A stretch of 64,000 bases of DNA. Origin: an uncultured virus (IMG/VR IMGVR_UViG_3300025327_000016) (Duplodnaviria; Heunggongvirae; Uroviricota; Caudoviricetes). Position numbers and translations under genes: made by a program. This document shows positions 60,301 through 64,000 of this stretch, in pieces. Within the stretch, counting starts at the first letter, position 1. The number at the start of each line of letters is the position of its first letter. Location: IMG/VR virus record IMGVR_UViG_3300025327_000016, positions 1 to 64,000 of that record. One strand, written 5' to 3'. Below the pieces are notes generated by a model. The model saw nothing but the letters and a program-made list of their open reading frames with translations. It did no database searches and had not been told where the DNA came from.

Positions 60301-61428
60301 AGTCCTAATTCATTTAGAACAAACGTAAGGCAAGTTGCGATAGTTACAGTAGAACTACTTGATGTTAATGGGACACCAATACCTAATGCGGTAGTTAACT
60401 TTAGACGCACGAGAAGTAGAGTATTAGAAACTATAGTTGGACTACCTACCCCAGTTACATCACCCAGCCCAATTAAAGTAGTATCAGATAATTTACTTAG
60501 TGATCCAACCAATAAGAAACTTAAACTCTTTCACCCATATGAATTGGGTACTGATACATTATTTGTATGGGTTAATGGCCAACTACAAATCATTAATAGA
60601 GATTATACTGAATTAGATATTAACACTATAGAATTTACTAATCTATTAAATGCAGGAGATTGGATCTATACAAGAATACGCCTTGATGATGTTAAGCGTG
60701 AGAAACACACAGTAGTGGGTGGACAGACAGAAATATTCCTATCTAATACATTTGAATTAGATACATGGAAATTAATGGTGTATGTTAACGGACAACTGCA
60801 GCGTTTAAATGCCGACTATGTAGAAGTTGATAACACAACTGTTATGTTTAATTACGAACTTAATGAAGATGATACAATAGAAACACATATAGTTTCTGAT
60901 ACGATATATGACAGTACTTATATCTATGCGGCAAATCAACAAATAGTTAATGTAACTCCATTTGTTCCTGGTAAGGGGTTGCTTATGGTATATGTTAACG
61001 GACAGCTTCAAAGATTAAATAAGGATTATATTGAAGCAAACACATCATCTATTAAGTTTAATTATAAATTGAACATTAGTGATTGGGTGTTTGTTAGGCA
61101 ATATGTACCTGCCGTGGATAGTCCAGAGGTTGGTAATCCTATTGATCCAGATAGACAACTTATTACAATAGATGAAGTTAATGATACGGCCACAGATGAA
61201 TATGGTAGGGCTTATTGGTATATGGATATATACGAGAACACCTATGGTATTATGCCAATAGAAGTTAATGTAACAACATATAACCCAGACTTCACCGTAG
61301 GTTATACCTTTAATTGTGGTTTAGCTATAGAGATATATGAACCCTCTATGACATTTCTGTCATTGCCTGTATACGCCCCAGACAGCGCTATAGATACAGC
61401 AGGAGGTCGGTACCTGAAATATGAATAA
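57307..61428 (+). CDS. Large baseplate wedge / tail protein with repeated beta domains
   Basis: DEIGLLL..PRVSGETNEQY; three L.V.VNGQLQ..N.DY.E repeats (~60550-61100). Confidence 0.7.
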   Translation: MPHNIRTLSSTEYPVSKELQALIGALPAFTAARKNFPFTDIIIPSTITSNAIKLVNAIALTQEELRQDIKEIVRNPYIRFPNYTNTSLDIIYSVIIAATLSITTLTGNTDTIDIDVVDRFHDFIYGKASIQTFTSPGTATLILDRQIGIDILTDNLLVEWVSFNDIYLSSSQYTISNILTGGKYRGRIVITDGSIPLDQEFKVHYTTYDIAFKQEVFGASSLQLVFRKSYTDIKINSISYKPVRHHIFNEYDEIGLLLSEPRVSGETNEQYQKRLSDAYLFNRNATEAGLRHALANSLFLIHHTEWPNTQDSITINHPYEHPIYINFTPIEVFKYLTVQDISSGGVLNPDNSITWIVPLVPASHTPVELNFNIEYSGETPLHTSYIPISMNKMINIAYITPVDVPIRILPTQNIFRTNNNYIQGTLRVFVDGIEVNTVELGYNTFELNNDLDEDQIISCTYISANDRLMVDLDERHCNIALLTKPIISTRADIYVNTTYPQLDLEHKLAFNPNELRLDHIAKTTISLLNLGRVDATNVAVTVHLWDPIEVTTTSTSANECSITPTCPTSITLTDNLQLRDREIRYISCEDITVHDFSDQDYYKSTLLNADGTTTRELRGFAHELTQASPLIWGQVIWDKSYWGSLKERVQTIGFTPNAIDPDLSSFPIDNLLIPLLFTATVEDIVVLPESIGDFLISPDGSFWEVVVDNDGALGLELADTSVVIPPSPPVGPINIFKYLDIGRKRDFHSGVGDFDDLLVSVDQLLKKRHLDEFPTDIVKDIAYHVDYTDYLAKWWVMLNRGWYYINDQKSYMFAEPNTLTFENIDSFTISTKDLQDNFPVLVSLVDIDTSGNTIKTPLRQVNFCDENYNPTLWFTEEICGNGRDNQLYLSFTDIEALTLDGVNTSAIDNIITLDSYECIPTSACFTANYRLRDSYIVNYESGLVNLSQSYSRIEVTHETSDGLHNTNLALNPLFNPHTNGFVYLTDEDAIPTKLTCRVSPNSFRTNVRQVAIVTVELLDVNGTPIPNAVVNFRRTRSRVLETIVGLPTPVTSPSPIKVVSDNLLSDPTNKKLKLFHPYELGTDTLFVWVNGQLQIINRDYTELDINTIEFTNLLNAGDWIYTRIRLDDVKREKHTVVGGQTEIFLSNTFELDTWKLMVYVNGQLQRLNADYVEVDNTTVMFNYELNEDDTIETHIVSDTIYDSTYIYAANQQIVNVTPFVPGKGLLMVYVNGQLQRLNKDYIEANTSSIKFNYKLNISDWVFVRQYVPAVDSPEVGNPIDPDRQLITIDEVNDTATDEYGRAYWYMDIYENTYGIMPIEVNVTTYNPDFTVGYTFNCGLAIEIYEPSMTFLSLPVYAPDSAIDTAGGRYLKYE

Positions 61429-61627
61429 ACACTCATGTAAGCTAACAGCAGAACAAATTAAATCAATAATAATAGAATATAATTCTGGCATGGCATCAAC
61501 AAAGTTAGCATTGAAATATTTAGTTGATAAGTCTACTATACTGCGTTTACTTAGAAGATATAATATTACTCGTAGAGATAAATCAACAGCACGTAGAGAA
61601 ATAGATGAATGCATATTTAAGTCTTGA
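61421..61627 (+). pseudogene. HTH-only fragment, probable truncated homing endonuclease
   Basis: IIIEYNSGMASTKLALKYLVDKSTILRLLRRYNI then IDECIF and a stop. Confidence 0.5.
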
Positions 61628-61706
61628 GAGTGAGTTCTATAATCCAAGCTAAGTAATTCGGACTATAGCTAGCTATTATTATACATAGAATTAAGGAGAC
61701 ATAGTT

Positions 61707-62243
61707 ATGCCGTTACCTCCATGGAATCACCCATCACCCAATCCAGTCGTTAATGATGAGACCATCATACGTGGTCGTCATATGAATGATATACGCGGTG
61801 CTGTAGATGATACACGTGCCAATGCTTTAGCACCTATTGATATGAACGATACAGGTGAGAGGCGCAATGATAGGGTTGTAGCAAAGTATGCTTTTAATGC
61901 TGATTTAGCTGAGTGCTCCAACAAACTAAAAGATGAATCTGATGTTTGTAAAACATGGGCTGAACTTAAAGCAGAGCTCATCAAACAAGTATCCCACATG
62001 GATGTGCAATCACCACCTATGAATGGTGCTCCATTAGTTGGGGGAGTACATGAATTGCAGGTAACATATAGTTTTGGTTTTACAATTACACATGCTTATA
62101 TAGCCTTACGTGGTGCCGATCCTTGTGCTACAAGGTCGGTACAAACTATAAGTTGGTCTGGTAGTGATGTTACGGTAAAGTATGAACAAGCTGGTACTTG
62201 TGCAAATGATGGTGTTGATGCGGTAGTAGTAGCATTTGGTTAA
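61707..62243 (+). CDS. Putative tail fibre-associated protein
   Basis: IIRGRHMNDIRGAVD fibre-type motif; SD AAGGAG. Confidence 0.55.
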   Translation: MPLPPWNHPSPNPVVNDETIIRGRHMNDIRGAVDDTRANALAPIDMNDTGERRNDRVVAKYAFNADLAECSNKLKDESDVCKTWAELKAELIKQVSHMDVQSPPMNGAPLVGGVHELQVTYSFGFTITHAYIALRGADPCATRSVQTISWSGSDVTVKYEQAGTCANDGVDAVVVAFG

Positions 62244-62254
62244 GGAGATATTAC

Positions 62255-62485
62255 ATGAGTATTCCAATTTATATTATATGTAGTGGTAATACAGTATGGG
62301 GACTATCACCTAGGCGCATGCCAGATCCTATGACTCGTATAGAAGTAGAACTATATATAGAACAATTTAATATACCAGACAACAATATCATACCTGTTAC
62401 AGATAGTGATATGTTTAGGGTTATGAATGCTTACAGAGATAAAACATTAATTATTTCTAATGGAACATATCGTATAGGAGCTTAA
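62255..62485 (+). CDS. Small hypothetical protein (possible fibre chaperone)
   Basis: SD AAGGAG; position. Confidence 0.55.
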   Translation: MSIPIYIICSGNTVWGLSPRRMPDPMTRIEVELYIEQFNIPDNNIIPVTDSDMFRVMNAYRDKTLIISNGTYRIGA

Positions 62486-62486
62486 T

Positions 62487-63365
62487 ATGTCAACTTCTAA
62501 TTATCCTGATAATATAGATCCTGGCTTTATAGCGCGTCAAGATGATATCGACAAGGTGATGGCAGATCATGTTAATCACCTAGAGGATGCTCTTCTTAAG
62601 ATACAAAAGACATTAGGCGTTCGTCCTATGGATCAGAACCCTACTGCGGTATGTGTAGAACAAATTAGTCCACGCACAGTAAAGAAGCGAATAGATAAGT
62701 TAGAAGAAGAATTATGTAGACTTTACAATGATCTACTTAGTAGAATCCCAGTTGGTGGTCCTGGGCCAGGTGGCACAGGCGTAACACAAATCGTAGCTGG
62801 TACCAATATTACAATTAACCCAACTGCTGGTACTGGTATAGTTACTATCAACTCTACAGCTACTGTAAATCCTGGTGTTACAGCAATATCTACAGGCGGC
62901 AATGGATTACGAGCCAATGGTGATGTAGTACTTGCGAGTGGTAATGTTGTGATGAGTTTAATAAGTGGACACACCACCAACAACTCTGGTGCTGACGTAG
63001 ATAAATTAGATGGCAAGCATTTGTCTGAAATCATGGCAGATGTTGTAGGTTTAATACCTGCGCCTGATGCTCTTAAATTTACATCTGGTTCATATGCAGG
63101 AAATAACGTATACCCTAGAACTATTAGTTTATCATTTACACCTAAATTAGTTGCAATTTTTAATAATGCAGGATCTAGAAGTCATGATATGGTATTTATA
63201 ACAGATTCACCATCAGGGTTTGCTATTGAAGGCACTACACATAGCACGTCCAGTGATCTAACTCTAACTACCAATGGGTTTACGCTTTCTGATTTTACAA
63301 CCTTTCAATACCCTCAGATTCTCAATAACTTTAGCAATACCTACTATTACCTCGCATTAGGTTAA
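62487..63365 (+). CDS. Tail fibre protein
   Basis: NYPDNID...ADHVNHLEDA..KIQKTLG, GVTQIVAGTNITI, DVDKLDGKH, GSYAGN...LSFTPK. Confidence 0.75.
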   Translation: MSTSNYPDNIDPGFIARQDDIDKVMADHVNHLEDALLKIQKTLGVRPMDQNPTAVCVEQISPRTVKKRIDKLEEELCRLYNDLLSRIPVGGPGPGGTGVTQIVAGTNITINPTAGTGIVTINSTATVNPGVTAISTGGNGLRANGDVVLASGNVVMSLISGHTTNNSGADVDKLDGKHLSEIMADVVGLIPAPDALKFTSGSYAGNNVYPRTISLSFTPKLVAIFNNAGSRSHDMVFITDSPSGFAIEGTTHSTSSDLTLTTNGFTLSDFTTFQYPQILNNFSNTYYYLALG

Positions 63366-63374
63366 TATTAAAAT

Positions 63375-64000
63375 ATGGGAAACTCCTATGATATCGCAAG
63401 ATACGGCCTAGATGTTTATGGCGCACGCACACTAGGTGTGCGTGCTAAGTTTGGTAATATTTCTCCTATCAATGCAGTTAATTTAGCTTACATATCTATT
63501 CCTCCTATTCTTCCATCCTCAGTAGAAGTACTTGATCTATTACGTGCTGATGAGAAAAATAACTATGGATATGAAAACATCAATCTTGAAGTGATAGATG
63601 GCATATTATCTACACCATTAGGTGGAGAAGTAATATTCAAATCAGAAAACATACTAGTTACAAATATATTTCATCAAAGTGGATTACCTCTTTATTATAA
63701 ATATAAAACCAGACAACTAGTTCAGGTTAATAGTGAAGAAGATTTTTTTAAGCAACATCCCGCATCTGTTGTGATGGAGGGTGGGGATCCATTACCACCT
63801 GGATACTTATACAAATTCACCTTAGAACCATTAGTATCTATCCCTGAGGCACCTAATTTAATGCAACCAGTTGTTTATACAAACTTTACAGGTAGTGAAG
63901 GTACCAGATTTAAGGTGCGTTATAATCCATGGGATAGTATTAAGAACAAGCCTAAGTTTGGATATGAAGAATTACTTAATGTTAGGCCATCTTTCTTTAT
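63375..64000 (+). CDS. Partial virion structural protein, runs off the window
   Basis: ATG at 63375, MGNSYDIARYGLDVYG..., appears open to the window end. Confidence 0.65.
   Translation, partial: MGNSYDIARYGLDVYGARTLGVRAKFGNISPINAVNLAYISIPPILPSSVEVLDLLRADEKNNYGYENINLEVIDGILSTPLGGEVIFKSENILVTNIFHQSGLPLYYKYKTRQLVQVNSEEDFFKQHPASVVMEGGDPLPPGYLYKFTLEPLVSIPEAPNLMQPVVYTNFTGSEGTRFKVRYNPWDSIKNKPKFGYEELLNVRPSFF

Noticed and set aside
9870..63034. Short - strand ORFs inside the structural operon
   Set aside because: Antisense shadows of long + strand genes without independent signals

Overview
This window is a 64 kb segment of a large contractile-tailed (myovirus-type) bacteriophage. Bases ~7.8-64 kb form one + strand morphogenesis operon: putative terS, terL, a stand-alone ClpA/B-type AAA+ domain, portal with a MuF-like C-terminus, prohead protease, scaffold, decoration protein, major capsid, accessory virion proteins, a patatin, neck proteins, two sheath-like and three tube-like genes, chaperones, two tape-measure-region giants (one with a degenerate SNase domain, one with an intact DEDDy 3'-5' exonuclease), an SLT+M23 hub protein, baseplate and fibre genes. 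Bases 1-6.4 kb hold small - strand, probably early genes. The most notable signal is there: two isolated 37-bp CRISPR-repeat-like sequences ending ATTGAAAC (2427-2463, 3454-3490) bracket a three-gene cassette that includes a Csx20/Csx15-like putative ring nuclease. No cas genes or CRISPR array lie in the window, so this is a candidate combined RNA + protein anti-type III CRISPR module. It sits in a ~3.7 kb region tiled with hairpins, even inside coding sequences. A 12-bp repeat family is used on opposite strands in two genes, and several gene remnants are visible. All functional calls come from motif recognition by eye; no searches were run.
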